From Phoronis australis (Eukaryota; Animalia; Phoronida), in assembly GCA_002633005.1 (NCBI GenBank), contig NMRA01000470.1, positions 1 to 64,000 on the forward strand: DNA of 64,000 nt, in the 5' to 3' direction. Of this stretch, positions 36,501-50,006 are shown piece after piece (position 1 is the first letter of the stretch; every line of letters begins with the position of its first letter). Position numbers and translations under genes: made by a program. The notes beneath the pieces were generated by a model. The model was not told the origin of the DNA. It saw only the letters and a program-made list of their open reading frames with translations, and did not search any database.

Positions 36501-39500
36501 GTGTTCCAGGGCTGCTGGTAACAGAGGGTTATGCGCTGGATACACTGACGGATAGAGTATATCGTAAGTGGGGGCCAAGCACAATTTTCGAAGGGGAACA
36601 TCCGCATAAGCCCTAAAAAGACACGCTGACGCGTTTTCCCGTTTTTTACCGGTTCCAACCTAAATCCGCCTACGAGACGGTTGCCTCACAAACCAAGATA
36701 AACGTTGAAAATCCATCCCAAACAGCTCAGATTGACAGAATATTAGCTTTCAAATTAATGGTTACGTGCGTTTGGTGTAGTGGGACAACTAACGTTAAAC
36801 TGGTATTGACGACCGGATGTCAACCTGGTAACGAGCAGGAGTAAACTATTGATCCCTTCCAATATCTGACCTGGGATATGTTTCATGAAACCGACTAAAA
36901 CTTAAAAGGTAGAAATTTGTTGTTGCCCTCTCGCTTGACAAATGCCGAAGAAAGGCTTAGCCAGCCAAATAATCATGAGCACATCACAGCCTCAAAATCA
37001 TTGTTAGAAATTATCTCAGGAAAAAGCAGTTCATGTTTATGTTCTCAGAAACTTTGCATTTTTGCTCAAGTGAGATTCATTTATTTTTCAAAAATAATTA
37101 TGCGTAAGCTAGGACCAATTTTATGTATTTTAAGACTCATGTACACTATATTCCTTTTGTATTTTAAACGGCTTCCCCGTGACGCGTCACTCAATGCGCG
37201 TGAGGAACATTAAAACAGATCCATTTTCTCAACTGTAAAATCGTTGCTTGGTTTTGTTACAGGGCTCCTATGTTTGCGGAAAGTGCCTTCCCGGTTACGT
37301 AGGTGACCAAACGACTGGCTGTAGGCGGCCCGATTATATATGTGCAGATGGCCGCACAAGGTGTGACAGCAATGCCAACTGCGTACGCAGACGTGGTATA
37401 GAAGGGTTCAAGTGCGAGGTGAGTTGGCCCTGGTTGGATATAGCCAAGCGTGGATCCAAAGTGAGATGAGCAAAACGTCCAAAAATCTTTGCTTGGTAAA
37501 TATGGACTGTGCAGATTTTATTAATCAGCACATCCAACAACGGTTAAAGTGAGGACTAAGTTACAATTACAGTACAGTAGCCCAAGCCTCTAAAAATGTT
37601 GACGTTATTCATGACTGATGCCAATTTACATCCTACTAATGTACCATATTTCTAGTGTAAGCCAGGCTGGGCGGGCAACGGTCAACACTGTGGCAGAGAT
37701 ATCGACATCGATGGGTACCCCGACAGGCGACAACCTTGTTCCGAGCTCAGATGTAATCCTGTATGTTGCTATGGAATCCTTCATTATACTAAAAATAGAA
37801 AATTGCTTAAGTTAATTATCAAACCATGGTAATGGAAACATGCACAAATTCACTGAATATTATTTTTACGTTAAATGAGCAATGTGTCCAGCACAAAGTA
37901 ATGCACAAAGACGTCGCAAGTTGTTTCTACTTCGAGTCTGGCTTCAAGTGACAGTGTGACAAGTCAGTGATTTGAGTTCAGCGAATTATATGAGCAGTTG
38001 ATGCTCTGTTCGGAACGTGGGTACTGTGCCCCTTGCAATATGGCGGCAGATTGTAATGCAGGAGAAGTGTATAACAAAAAAAAATTCATGCAACTCGACC
38101 CTCATTCCAGTGTGCTGTACTCTAGTGTATGACGTCACGTTCATCTGAAGCCATTTCGTTGTTAAGGAAATCACAAATAGATGTCAAATAACCGCATTTT
38201 TCACATCGATGCTGAGCAATGTTTTGGTAAATAATACTCACCTGTTGTTGTTCCCTTTGAACAGGATAACTGTGCAGACATTCCTAACAGCGGTCAAGAA
38301 GACGCTGATAAAGATGGTATTGGCGACGCCTGTGATTATGACGCCGATAATGACGGTGTCTCTAACAATCCTGTAAGTGAAAGACAATAACGTAATCGTT
38401 ACCATGGAGATTTCTTTGGCAAATGTTGAGGTAAATTGGAGCAGCAACGTTGCATTGGCAGTAAAGGTTGCTATAAAATGTTGCCTTCATAGTCGATTTG
38501 TCGATCATGTATGACACCTGGCTAGCTGTCTAGCCAAAATCCCATGTTCTCATTTAAAATACACGTAATCTTGCGAAGTTTTGCTTTTTAGAGACCCTAG
38601 CGTTTCTGAACTTTACCTGATTTTAACACACTAATTTGATTGATGACGTCATTAATGCTAGGATTTAGATATTTGTAAATTGTGATTGCAGAAGCTGACA
38701 TGTATGACCTTTAGAACAAACTTTAACTCGAATCAATGAATATTCATTCCTCTTTTCAAGGACAACTGTTGGCTTGTACCGAATCCAGACCAAGCCAAGA
38801 CCGAAATTCCTGACACGACTGAGTCCGATGACGAACTTGGCGACGCGTGCGACAACTGTCCCACTGTTGCCAACCAGGACCAGACGGACACCGACGGCGA
38901 CAGGATCGGAGACGCGTGCGACCCCGACGCTGACAATGACGGTACGCTTAGATCTGCATATTTAATGCTCACATAAGTCGACACATCTGCGGTCTACTTA
39001 TACATAAAGCAACCAATTTTGAGTCGAACTGCGATTAGAGTTGCTACCACATGAACAACTTTCGTGTCTTGTAAATGCGGGGCGTTGATCACTGTTAATA
39101 TTCATCAGGTTGGAGTGCTTTCGCACTACCTTACCTGGACATTAGTTTTCCTAATTGCGTTTAGCGACACATGTTTTTATTCGTGAAGAAACCCCTTTTG
39201 GATCTCAGAAAGTAGGATTTTGACTAGTTATGTTAAACCTGACAAATAATCCATAACGACTGTATTTTGATAGATGACTGGTTTTCTCATGTTCTCAGGC
39301 ATTATTAATGAAAACGACAACTGTCCAAAGGTTGCCAACGTTAACCAAACAGATAGTGACGCCGACGGTGTTGGAGACATCTGTGATAACTGTCCCTTAA
39401 CTCCGAATCCCCTTCAGGTAATATACAGTTGTTTTGAAAATAAACAAGACAGACTTGGACAGAAAACTGTCAGACTCTGTCAAACTTAGACGAACTTCTT

Positions 39501-42500
39501 GCTGGACTTATCTAAACAAATATAACTGGACCCATCACGACGGGTCCAGTTGTATATACATGTACAAATCGATAGACCAATTCGGTGGGTCAATCTAAAT
39601 ATATATGTAGGTAAACCCATCACGGCGGGTCACCCTACATACACATATGCAGTATAACTGGACCCATCACGACGGGTCCTGTTGTATTTATATTGATAGA
39701 CCCTTCCCGGTGGGTCGACTAGTTTAATTAAAAAATAACGTAATGGCAAGCTGTCGCGATTTTGGCAACGTGCGCGGAGTCATAGGTGACGTTGTCAAGA
39801 ATTTGCCGGAATTGAATCGTGTTCTGGTCGAAGAGAAGTGGACATTAAGTAGCGTTTTGATGCGTTGAAACTTGATGAATTTCGATACTGTCTTACTTAT
39901 TTTGAAAACCACTTTACTATTAAGGCACAACGTGCAGATGCAGTGCACGTGCATTTCGTATATTCCGAAAACAGCGCTGGCACGTGATCAACGCCTAGCT
40001 GTAGACAAAACTCTCTGTATTTCCTATCACTTCAGGTGAACATTGCATCTCACGGGTCGGCTTGCACGACTTGCGACTCCAGCAAGCATGTATAGTAGTC
40101 GCTGGATGAGCCAGCCGGCTATCTGTATGAAGACTTTCGTCAAAATAATGCTAGGTACCGCAGTGTGTTGAGCTCCGTTAGACCACGAAATTTCACATAC
40201 CCGGAGGTTTTGCTCGTCATTTCGTCGTGAGACTTATATCAACATATCGAGCTACGGCGGGAGTGCTTGCAAAATCTGGGAATCAACGGACACTCACCTT
40301 GCTCGTTGCAACGTTTAAAGTGAAAAATAATCTAATAAACGTCATTTTTTGCAAAAGTCTCTACCTTTTGTAACAAAGAAAAGTTTGTCGTCGTTTTGAA
40401 AACAGTACACTCGTGACACGCAAACCTGTCATTTCCCTAAATATTGCGACATCTCTCAGAAGATGGTGGCAGCTTTGCAGCAGCAAAGATCGTTCTGAAA
40501 TTCGGTTTGCTGGTATTAAAATACTAAACTCTGCTAACAAAATGAAAACCAGTTACGATAATTTGTTGTGACATGTACGAAACCTCGTGGAAGAAGAACA
40601 AATGATTGAAGAATCGGCGAAAAAAAGAAACTGGCCAATAGGTGACACAATATTTCGTGGTGCTGAAAGCCGACACAAAAGATCATTCCACAACTTAAGC
40701 AACAAAATATCGGTAGAACGCCATTTTTCAGCACCGGTAAATAACTTAGTTTACTCAAGGAAGCATGTAGTTTTTGATGATACTACTTTTGTGTCAGATT
40801 TATCTGGTCAGTTTTTTACCCACCTCGGCGTAAAGCTGCATATTTAATATACAGCTTTGCATCAAGGCTGGCTGGCTGGCTGCATTGCACCAAGGCTATC
40901 TGGCTGGCTGGCTGCATTGCACCAAGGCTAGCTGGCTGGCTGTATTGCACCAAGGCTAGCTGACTGGCTGGCTGCATTGCACCACGGCTGGCTGCACTGC
41001 ACCAAGGCTGGCTGCATTGCACCAAGGGTATCGTCGAATTTGCGCATCGATATCATCCTTTCTAAAATATGGCGCCCGTTGGCACCCACAAAATCTCACT
41101 TAAAATTTTTGTCTATCATTTCACTTCAAAGTCGAAGTTCTTTTAAGTATTGCAATTAAATTTTACAGCCATTCATAAAACCCCAAACGACTTGCGTCAT
41201 CGATCAGCTTGCTTAAATGATATTTTTTCCGAAAACAGAGGGACAGTGATAACGACCATCTTGGGGACGCTTGTGACACAAATGAAGACCGGGATAAGGA
41301 CGGCGTTCAAGATAACCAAGACAACTGCCCGGATGTCGCCAACGCGGATCAACTAGACAAAGACAACGACGGGCAAGGTTAGATTCGCTGTTACCCGTCA
41401 GTTTCGCCATGGCAAGGCAACGTGTGTATACATCCAATTCATGACACGTGTCGTGCCGCGTTATACGATACAAAAGAAACACCCAAACCATATCTAGCAT
41501 TATTCGGTAAACCAACCCTTGTAAATAGGGGTTGGAAGTCCGCACATTGCCAGAATCAAGTACCATGACACCCATCATAATCGAACTGCTCGTCAAACAT
41601 TAACCTGCACGCGTCGAAATTGCGATCGCGTGAACACATTTATCTTACGAAATAACACATCGAACATAAACTGCACGGAAATCGAGTTCTTTGAAAGTGA
41701 GGGGTCTTTGCGCAACACACGCAAGTTAGGCTTAGGAGAAGCTATAAGTCTACAATGGCCTACTTTTTATTCCCTGTATTTCTTGCTACTCTCATTTCAC
41801 TACATTGATGTTACCTTTTTGATATGTCGACACTTGCTGCGTTATTGTATATAATTATCCTGATTATGTCTAATGAATAGACGAAACGTTGAACATGAAC
41901 TTTTTTATTTGTGCGGCGATTGTCCGTTTCTTAATCTTACTATGGCCAAAAACTGATTTAATTTACAATTCTACATATTCGTTCTTCTCTTCTTTGTAAC
42001 GAACCCCCATCTCTCCGACCATGGAACGCGAAAACCACATCGCGAATGTCATCGCGAATGTCATCCTATCCTTTTCTTTCAGGAGATAAATGCGATGAAG
42101 ACGATGATAATGACGGTGTCACAGACGAGAAGGACAACTGTCGATTGGTTCCCAATTCAAATCAAACAGATTCGGACGGTAAATCGTGGCACTGCCAGCC
42201 GGTGTATCAGAACACTTCCCTGTACCCATTTTTGTCTGTGCTTGTACTTTGTCTACGGTTTCAGCATGCTTTATGGCGAATCTCGAGCTATCTGCATTAT
42301 GCAGGCTTACGGAGGACGGACCCAAAAATCCTGAAGATGAACGAATACTAGTCGTCGTTAAACCTTGCTGTATCAGCTTTTGAAATGCATTGCAACGGTG
42401 TCAAATTGGGGACAAGCTGTACCTTTCCAGCTGAAAAATACAACCATTACTGAGTGCAGTCTGGGAAAGCGAAACGAAATGACCTATACTTCCATTATCA

Positions 42501-45500
42501 ACCCTGCCCTGCTTATTCTCGTCCCTAATTTGTATCTGTGAGGCTCTTACAGTCTTATTTCTTATCAGACTTTCCTAGGAAACAGTATTATTTGTTCCTA
42601 GGACCTTCTTCTTTTGGACACGTCCACCGTTCGGTAGTTCCAGCATCCAATTGGTTGGGTCAAAATAAAACAAAAAGGGCTTACAAATTGGTCAAATTGG
42701 TTGCGAATATCTTTCAAAGAATTATGTAGTAAACGTTTTCGCATTTAGGTGATGGTACTGGTGATGCGTGTCAGGGTGATTCGGATGGCGACGGTATATC
42801 GGATAAGGACGACGTGTGCCCGGACAATGGCAAAGTTACTGCCACTGATTTCACAACATATTTCACCGTAATTTTGGATCCTGTTGGCGATTCACAAATT
42901 GACCCGAATTGGATCATTCTGAATGACGTGAGTATTATATCTAAATATGTCACCTTGAATACACATTGGAAATGTGCATCCTGAACATCTTTGATAAATA
43001 AGCTTTCTGTCTCGACAGCTTAAAACCATTGGACAATCAGCCTCTTGAACCCCTCTAAAATCACACGAAATCCTACGAAGGCCCATTAGTGCCTAAAAAA
43101 TAAAATTTGAGTATGTTAATCCGGACTGCTAATCTGCTAATACGAATTGGCAATCCGTAATTACAGATTACCAATCTGTTACTAGTGATTGGAAATCTGT
43201 TAAATACGGATTGGCAGGCTGTTATTACGTATTGCCAAAATGTAATTACAGATTTCCATTCTGTTATTACGGATTACCAATCTTTCAATACGGATTGCCA
43301 ATCTGAGAGAATGAGAGAGCTCATCCATTTATGTTTTCTTGTCTTACTTACAACGAGATTCTGGTGTCGTTGTCTGCGAATCACAATTTTTTATAAGCAG
43401 GCGAACTTTTTAATGGAAACTTCGACTTATGGGGTTGTTTCGGCGCAAGAAGCACTCAAATACTATACACATTGCTTGCTTTCGTAAAGAACAGACATCA
43501 GAACACCTTCATGGTTATCGGTGGATGCATTAGAAGTGTATACAAAATGGGCTGAATATCGACAGGGAAACCGTCTACCATCTGTTAGGAGTCGTAGATC
43601 TCGATCGGGTACGATGCAGAGCAGGGAAGAGGCTGCAGAGGCGCGTGTATCGAGCAAGAGCTTACAATTTAATGTGGCTTATTAAGTATTACAATAACCT
43701 GAAGCAGTTTGGAATATGTATCAATGGCTGCATAGATGGGTTTTCCAGAAAGACTTTGTGGTTGGAAGCGATCCCAATGAGCAGTGATCCAAAGTTTTCG
43801 CTGGCTACTACACGCAATCAGTGCGCCGCAGAAATGTGTCTTCAAGAGTGATTAGGGCAGATTTTGGTACTGACAATGTGGCCGTACAACAAATGCAGAT
43901 ATGCGACGAAATTGTCTTGATAAATTTGTTGGCGAAAAAAGTGTTCATCTTGGTAACAGTCAGAACAATCAACGAATTGACTTAAGGTGGATCATCTCGT
44001 GTAAGCAGTGTGTCCAGTTTTGGATGAACATTTTTCATGAACTGAAGGACTACGGCGAATTCACCGAAAATTTCGTAGACATTTCGTTGATTCGGCTCTG
44101 TTTTTTAATATTATTCAGGTATGTTTTACCCTGTATAGAAAATGAAACGAATGTTGTACCACAAGCCCCCTTTTCAGCGATTTTGTTGACGGCTTGAGAA
44201 ATCTAACAGCACTATCCCGAAAGGAAACAAAATGTGTAATGGGGCTTTACATGTATTGATGTTTGTACGCGCGCGTGTGTGTAATGAAAAATATTTTTTA
44301 GTTTTCAGTATTTATTGAGCTGATACAGGAGAATGTGATGCGGGATTTTTCATTTTTTCGCAACAATGTGATCAGCCTGTCTCCTTAACTAATCTTTACG
44401 ACCAAAGAGAGAATTACGAGAAGAGTAGCTCCGCAGCATCAGGATCCCTTGTGTAAAAGTGATACGCTGGAAAAACCATGACGTTACCTCATCACGCTTC
44501 CGTTGTCATTATGTCACAATTCGTTTGACACCATGCAAAAAACAAAATTATCCAGCATTTTAAAGTTAGATGCAACTCAGCTCAGATGAGAACCACACCT
44601 TGTATAGTTTTTTTCACGAGTCGGCTTTCACAAATACTTTCAATCAATAATGTTGGACTTACAATGTTTAAGGGTTGACTACTTGGGCTTTGCTGATGTT
44701 AGTTTAATTCCAAGATCATAGACAACCATAAAAAATTAAAAAGAGAACCTGTTGAGCCCTCAAATCCAAAGATTGCAACCTCCGTCTCACGGAGTGAAAA
44801 TTCAATTGCCCCGATTAAAGCTAGAAACCAGATAAATTTTTAATCCCACAGTTTCGGATCATCTTTCTCGATCTTGATTCATTGTGATTTTTCTGGTTTC
44901 ACTATTCCGCCATGGACGTGCACATTGCTGCAGGTATGACAGTTTAATTTGTTGTTTACCATGGAAGAAACACTTGGTTTCCGTATTGAAATGCTTCGTA
45001 AGCAATGATGTTTTTACAAGAGGGAACATCTGTCATTTTTAGGCCATAACAAGTATATCACACATGCAGTACACGATGTCCTTTTGTGATACTCCGTTGT
45101 TAAGCATTCAAAATTTAAGGTCAGATCCAGCTAGCGGAGAAGTGTGTTGTGGGTTTCAACCCTCCAAAAAGAATGGGCTTTCGTAAAATTCCCCTCATTT
45201 GTTCAAAAAAGCTCCCCTCTTTACGATCGACAATTCCCGTTATGATTTTAACCTCAGACAACCTCAAAAAGCGTAGTGAAAGCCACTGACTTTATTCATG
45301 AGGCTGCCTGACACCGAAAACGGCACAAACTGGTTTCCCAATAAAACTAGGGCCACGCAAAGATTTTGTGATATTTTACACTCAAGTATTGAAAACACAA
45401 AACGGAAAATTTCTGTGCGTCTGCGGTTGAATTTAGCTAACACACAAGTTTTACAAAAGGAGAATTTTTTTATGAAATCTGTGCATCGGACCATCTAAAC

Positions 45501-48500
45501 ATGCAGGAACGTGTCTTTTCACTGGTGGACGTGCTGTGCACTCCTATCAGAAGCAGTCTCAAGCAGACCACATTGGAACTGCTAGCTCATGAAATTACTC
45601 ACTGTGGTGACCAACACTGCCACAAGAAACAGTGACCAGTGACTAGTACGTTTTAGTGCTTCATTTAAAGATGACGCTGATTTGTGAAGCATAAAGGAGT
45701 ATAGTCATAAAAAGCAGTGCAGTAAATAAACATCACAAAAATACCCCGTAAATAAAAAGATGCGAAAATTCACCTCTTTGAAAAGAACGACGCCAAAATT
45801 CCCCTTTTAGAAGGTGCAGGCACCTTTCCCCTGAGGTGAGTGAGGGATCTGACAATTCAAAGATTAACATTTCGAAGTTCTGCTTTCAGGGTGCAGAAAT
45901 ACTACAGACCATGAACAGTGATCCTGGAATAGCTGTAGGTAAGCCAGCGAGATTACACACACTGCACGTACGTAGTGATTGCTAATGTTGCTTGTGGAAG
46001 GCGGGTTATGCACATTGCACGTACGTATTGGTAACTTTTTTGCTCCCGGAAACGAAGTTTATGACATCGATCATAACCGTTTGCACTGGAGAATTTCATG
46101 TTGCGACCGGTGACGGTAACACAATGCGAGCGACAGAGCAGGGATAACGTCATGTATTAACAAAGCCACCGGAAATGGAGGGCAAAGGTGCTTCGAGTGT
46201 AAGACTGTAACGGAATGAGTGTTTTCTTGCCGGTTGACTAAAATCTTGTTTACGACACTGTCCCTCAGTTAAACACGTCAGACAACGACATCGACGAGAT
46301 GTGCAAGCACGCACACTCGCACAAATCAAAGCAGGAGCAGCCCAGACCGTTGATGTGCATACCCTGTGTGAGCAACGCAAAGGGTGAGGAAAACGGTGCT
46401 CATTTTTTTCAAATATTCCCACCTTAGTTGGATTCATCGAAAAATCACCATCGCGTGTGGAGACTCTTCTTATTAGGAACTGATAGGGTATGAAAATAAG
46501 AAGAAAGTTTGTTATAAATATTGCGGAAGATGAAATGCGACGTACCACAGTCAGGTCCATTAAAAATCGCCACCAGTCATATTTTCTTCCATTGGAATAC
46601 CTATGCCAAATGTCACGAAAATTCATCAAATAGGTCGGTAAATATTGAGTCAGGTGGAAAAACAACTAAAATTGACACTAGGCGGCGCAACATTAGAATT
46701 GTCTGACAATTGATGTCGGCCATCCACTCCGTCAATTGGAGCACACTTGCAAACGGGAGGCAGACGCAAATAACGTACAATAGCATAATGAAAATGACAA
46801 CCAAGGGGTACAGAAAAGTCAAATATGTTTAAAACTGGGCAGGTACAGTCGTTTCCTTCCAAATTTCACAAGATTCCTTCTGTAGAAGTTTACGCATACA
46901 GAAAGAAAAACCAAATTGCCCCTTGGGGACACAGCATTCGAGTTCCTCTCGAGGCATCGTTATTTGTATTATTCTCAACAGGGACAAGTAAATAAATTTC
47001 AACGTCCGCCATTCCCACCAACAAGCTTGGTAGATAAAGGCAGAAACAAACAAAATCTGTCTGTGGGGATGGGGGTGCTTATGTAATAAGATTCGTCCGA
47101 GCATCAAGCTCGGGCTCACTGCTGTAGGAAGACATGCACCAGTTTTCATGAAGATAAGGCTATATCAACGAGCTGGGTAAATATTGCGGTAGATACAAAA
47201 CTGTAAATGAGAGGCACGACTGTACTCGTACCTGTCCAAAAATGAACTCAAGTCTTGTTTTCCTCAATAGGAACAAGTAGACGTTTGTTAAATTAAATAA
47301 TGATTCTTCCAGAAGCTTGAGGAATAGAGACGAATTCCAAAACAGAGTCCAACATACTTTTAAAAGTGTCGTCGTCACCTCAAGAGAAACATTTTTGTCA
47401 AATTTCATGAAATTCTGTCAAAAGACTTGGCACTAGTTTCACAGCGTTTTTGGGACCGTCCAGAAGATGACATCTGTCATCAGCTCCATGGAAATACATC
47501 TACCTACATGTAGTTTGATGAAGATCCGTCAAGGGGCTAAGGAGATACATCAGCGATCGCAACACGCCCAAAGAATATGACTGCAATATGCACCAACATA
47601 CGTACATATGGCAAATAAAAGAGCTTGTGGCTTCCCCACATTTGTTGTTTGCTCATTTCAACAGTTGTTCCAATAGTTCATAACAAATCAACTGACTAAT
47701 GCTTCTCTTCACCAAGGTTACACTGCATTTAGTGGAGTCGACTTCAGCGGCACGTTCTTTGTCAATTCTGAAATTGATGACGACTACGTAGGGTTTGTGT
47801 TCAGCTACCAAGACAGCTCTCACTTCTATTGTGTACTATGGAAGAAGAAAAAACAGACCTACTGGCAATCCACCCCATTTAGGTTTGTGTTTGCCCGATC
47901 AGGTTCAACTGTGTCTTGGCCCATATGGCGCCTGCCGTCAATCTCTATTTCAAAAAATACTCGTTGTGCACTATCCTATAAGTATTAAAATTGGGTAACA
48001 TTTTTAACGTCTGACCCAGGGAAATTAATTTTTATCCATCCAAAAAGCGTTGAATACTTGCAGAAAAATGTTTGTTAACGTCCTTTTCAATTTTACGACG
48101 CAGTTCTACTGTAATACATTTCAGGGCTGTTGCCGATGCCGGTATTCAACTGAAGGTTGTAAATTCCAAGTCAGGACCAGGTCAAGTGATGCGCAACGCT
48201 CTCTGGCATACGGGAAACACACCAGATGAGTCCAGATTGCTGTGGAGAGACCCACGAAACGTCGGCTGGAGAGAGAAGAGAGCCTATAGATGGGAGCTTC
48301 TTCATCGACCAGCTGTGGGACTAATCAGGTACATAATTCAATATTTTGAAGCCTTTGGGAAGGTTGCATGTTCTTGTGAATGCGTTGATTTCAAATAATG
48401 ATGGTAAATGATTACGTTATATCCCGAGCAACTAGTCAAAATTAGCGGTGGCCTGTTCCCTAACGTACTTGCTCAATCCAGCAAGGTTCAACAAAAATAA

Positions 48501-50006
48501 CTTCATAAAATCTGAAGGTCGTGCCGCAGCACATGTAAACCATACAGATTAACGTATAGACCACGTGTGTTTACCGATGATTTTCCAGTTGCGACTTTTG
48601 ACGTAATGTAATTTGCCGTAGAAAAGTGGTAAGGGTTAAAACCAATACTATTTCAGTAAAATGACGTCACACTTTCGGCCCCTATTAAATTACACTCAAG
48701 ATAGCAAGCAGACACGTCTTCTCTTCAGCATTTTATTAGTTTCCTCAGTGAAAATCAGCTCAGTTGGAGTGACGAGAAGTTAACAATACGAAATACGACA
48801 GATACACGTGGACATGCATTTTCAAAGGTAAAACTCTGTGGAGGACAGCAATTGTTTCTTTCTTCTCTTTGCATATCAATATTTAGGTGCGTGGAGCGAA
48901 TGGACAGAATGCAGAGTATGAGTCCCCAATGGAAAGCACTTTTAAAATTAGTATGAAGCGAAAGTTTCTACACTACGATTCAATACGCCCAATGCGTCTA
49001 TCTCTAGGTTTCTTCTTTACGAAGATACAAACTTGGTGGTAGATTCAGGAAATATCGTCGACACCACTCTGAGAGGAGGACGCTTGGGTGTCTTTTGCTT
49101 TTCTCAGCAAATGATCATCTGGTCTGACCTCGTGTACCGATGCAACGGTAAGTTTAATAATAACACTGGTTCAAGTTGGATGCTTTGCAAGACGTAAATC
49201 AATAATGTTCCTCCTTTTTCTGACCACGTTGTGTCATATAATTTAAAGCGTCATTACATTCGCGCGTTTTGTAAAAATAGTTTTGATTGATTCACATGTC
49301 AAATGACGACCAGCTTGCGAGCTATAGATCACGGATTCCGATTACCTGAATATAATTGACTCAAATATGTGTACGAAGTGTTTTTTTCCGTCGGAGTATC
49401 AGAGACAAACGCTATGTTTTAAGGGCCGTGTACGAATTAACAGAGTGTACGAACTATTAGAAAAAACACCGTAGTTTCCCCTGAGATAAAACTGATCTCC
49501 AATTGTTTCGTCGCCAAATCAAAAGTGACTCCATGCCGTCGAACAGTTGCATTACAACAGTGGTCTCTAATTGTTTTCTTAGTCGAATTAGAGGTGCTAT
49601 CATGGCAACCAAACAACGGTCAATTCGTTATTGCTCGATTCCAAGCTTATGAAATTTCAGGTCTAAGATCATTTCTAAAATAAATAAAGAACAACAAACA
49701 TATGACCAATTTTATAATAGTGAGTGACGTAAATGGAAACATGTTGATAAGTGATTACCGTCCCTTTGAACAAATTACAATTAAGTTATAGTAGCGAGAC
49801 TAGACATTCCCACTCGATAATAAGTGAAGATGAAAAATTTTCAGGCTATTGTAGCATTCATTCTATTTTCACTTGTTGCAGATGCGTTGCCTTCCGATTT
49901 TGTGCCCGGAAGACAACAACCCGCCCTAGCACCGATAGATGTAGCGCCTGATCCTAACTTTAACGAAACCGACAACCAAGAACCAGACATATACGATTCG
50001 TACTGA
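27572..50006 (+). CDS. Thrombospondin, pentameric (subgroup B / TSP3-TSP4-COMP-like)
   Basis: Exons 27572-27692 (start uncertain), 28571-28610, 29059-29208, 32565-32770, 33559-33682, 34396-34472, 34659-34878, 35149-35360, 35805-35948, 36313-36390, 37263-37418, 37656-37760, 38265-38372, 38761-38941, 39299-39417, 41239-41377, 42083-42178, 42749-42927, 45890-45938, 47717-47882, 48125-48328, 49008-49147 and 49882-50006, all GT-AG and in phase. Domains: N-terminal LamG-like region, coiled coil ending CAMC, six EGF-like repeats, type 3 Ca-binding repeats (DNC..PN..Q.D.D.DG.GDACD), and C-terminal L-lectin domain ([40 protein letters not shown]). Confidence 0.95.
30947..31093. mobile_element. Short non-autonomous DNA element (CAGGGGC...GCCACTG) with 5-bp TSD
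   Basis: Termini CAGGGGCTGATCC / AAATACGCCACTG, with GTATA on both flanks (30942-30946, 31094-31098). Related termini occur at ~24875, ~60792 and ~12935. Confidence 0.7.
31749..32293. mobile_element. Possible TTAA-flanked MITE (Kolobok/piggyBac-like)
   Basis: Imperfect termini TTAAGGATAC...GTATCCGTAA, with an interior rich in ATGAAACTTT / AAATTTGG motifs typical of such elements. Confidence 0.35.
35385..35720. repeat. Degenerate (GAT/GGT)n microsatellite in thrombospondin intron
   Basis: GATGATGATGACGGTGATGATGG-type low complexity, which produces spurious His/Ile/Met-rich ORFs. Confidence 0.8.
39511..39722 (+). mobile_element. Miniature non-autonomous Helitron with iterated hairpins
   Basis: 5' TC after A (39510), 3' hairpin GACCCTTCCCGGTGGGTC followed by GACTAG and then T (39723), i.e. 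insertion in A|T. Five GACCC...GGGTC-type hairpin units. Confidence 0.7.
40862..41027. repeat. Minisatellite, ~20-35-bp unit (CTGG)nCTGCATTGCACCAAGG
   Basis: About six copies with a variable number of CTGG. Confidence 0.9.
43125..43305. repeat. 21-bp tandem array (TACGGATTGCCAATCTGTTAT-like), probable subterminal repeat of the adjacent transposon
   Basis: About eight diverged copies immediately 5' of the integrase relic. Confidence 0.75.
43400..44120 (+). pseudogene. Degenerate DDE integrase-core transposase (IS3EU-like) in thrombospondin intron
   Basis: [30 protein letters not shown]...[47 protein letters not shown]...SDP / IRADFGTDN / [13 protein letters not shown]...[14 protein letters not shown]...LIRLCF, with stops and frameshifts. 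Confidence 0.78.
46158..47620. mobile_element. Diverged second member of the Helentron/HINE-like family
   Basis: Segments at 46540-46740 (GACACTAGGCGGCGC, TCGGCCATCCAC) and 47450-47560 (GATGAAGATCCGTCAAGGGG..GGAGATAC) resemble 9292-10980. Boundaries are approximate. Confidence 0.45.

Noticed and set aside
40816-41025. Repetitive [14 protein letters not shown]...
   Set aside because: Translation of a minisatellite.
49845-49951. Alternative upstream acceptor giving a Cys-rich thrombospondin tail
   Set aside because: The acceptor at 49881 restores the conserved YRCND ending, and nothing supports use of the other site.
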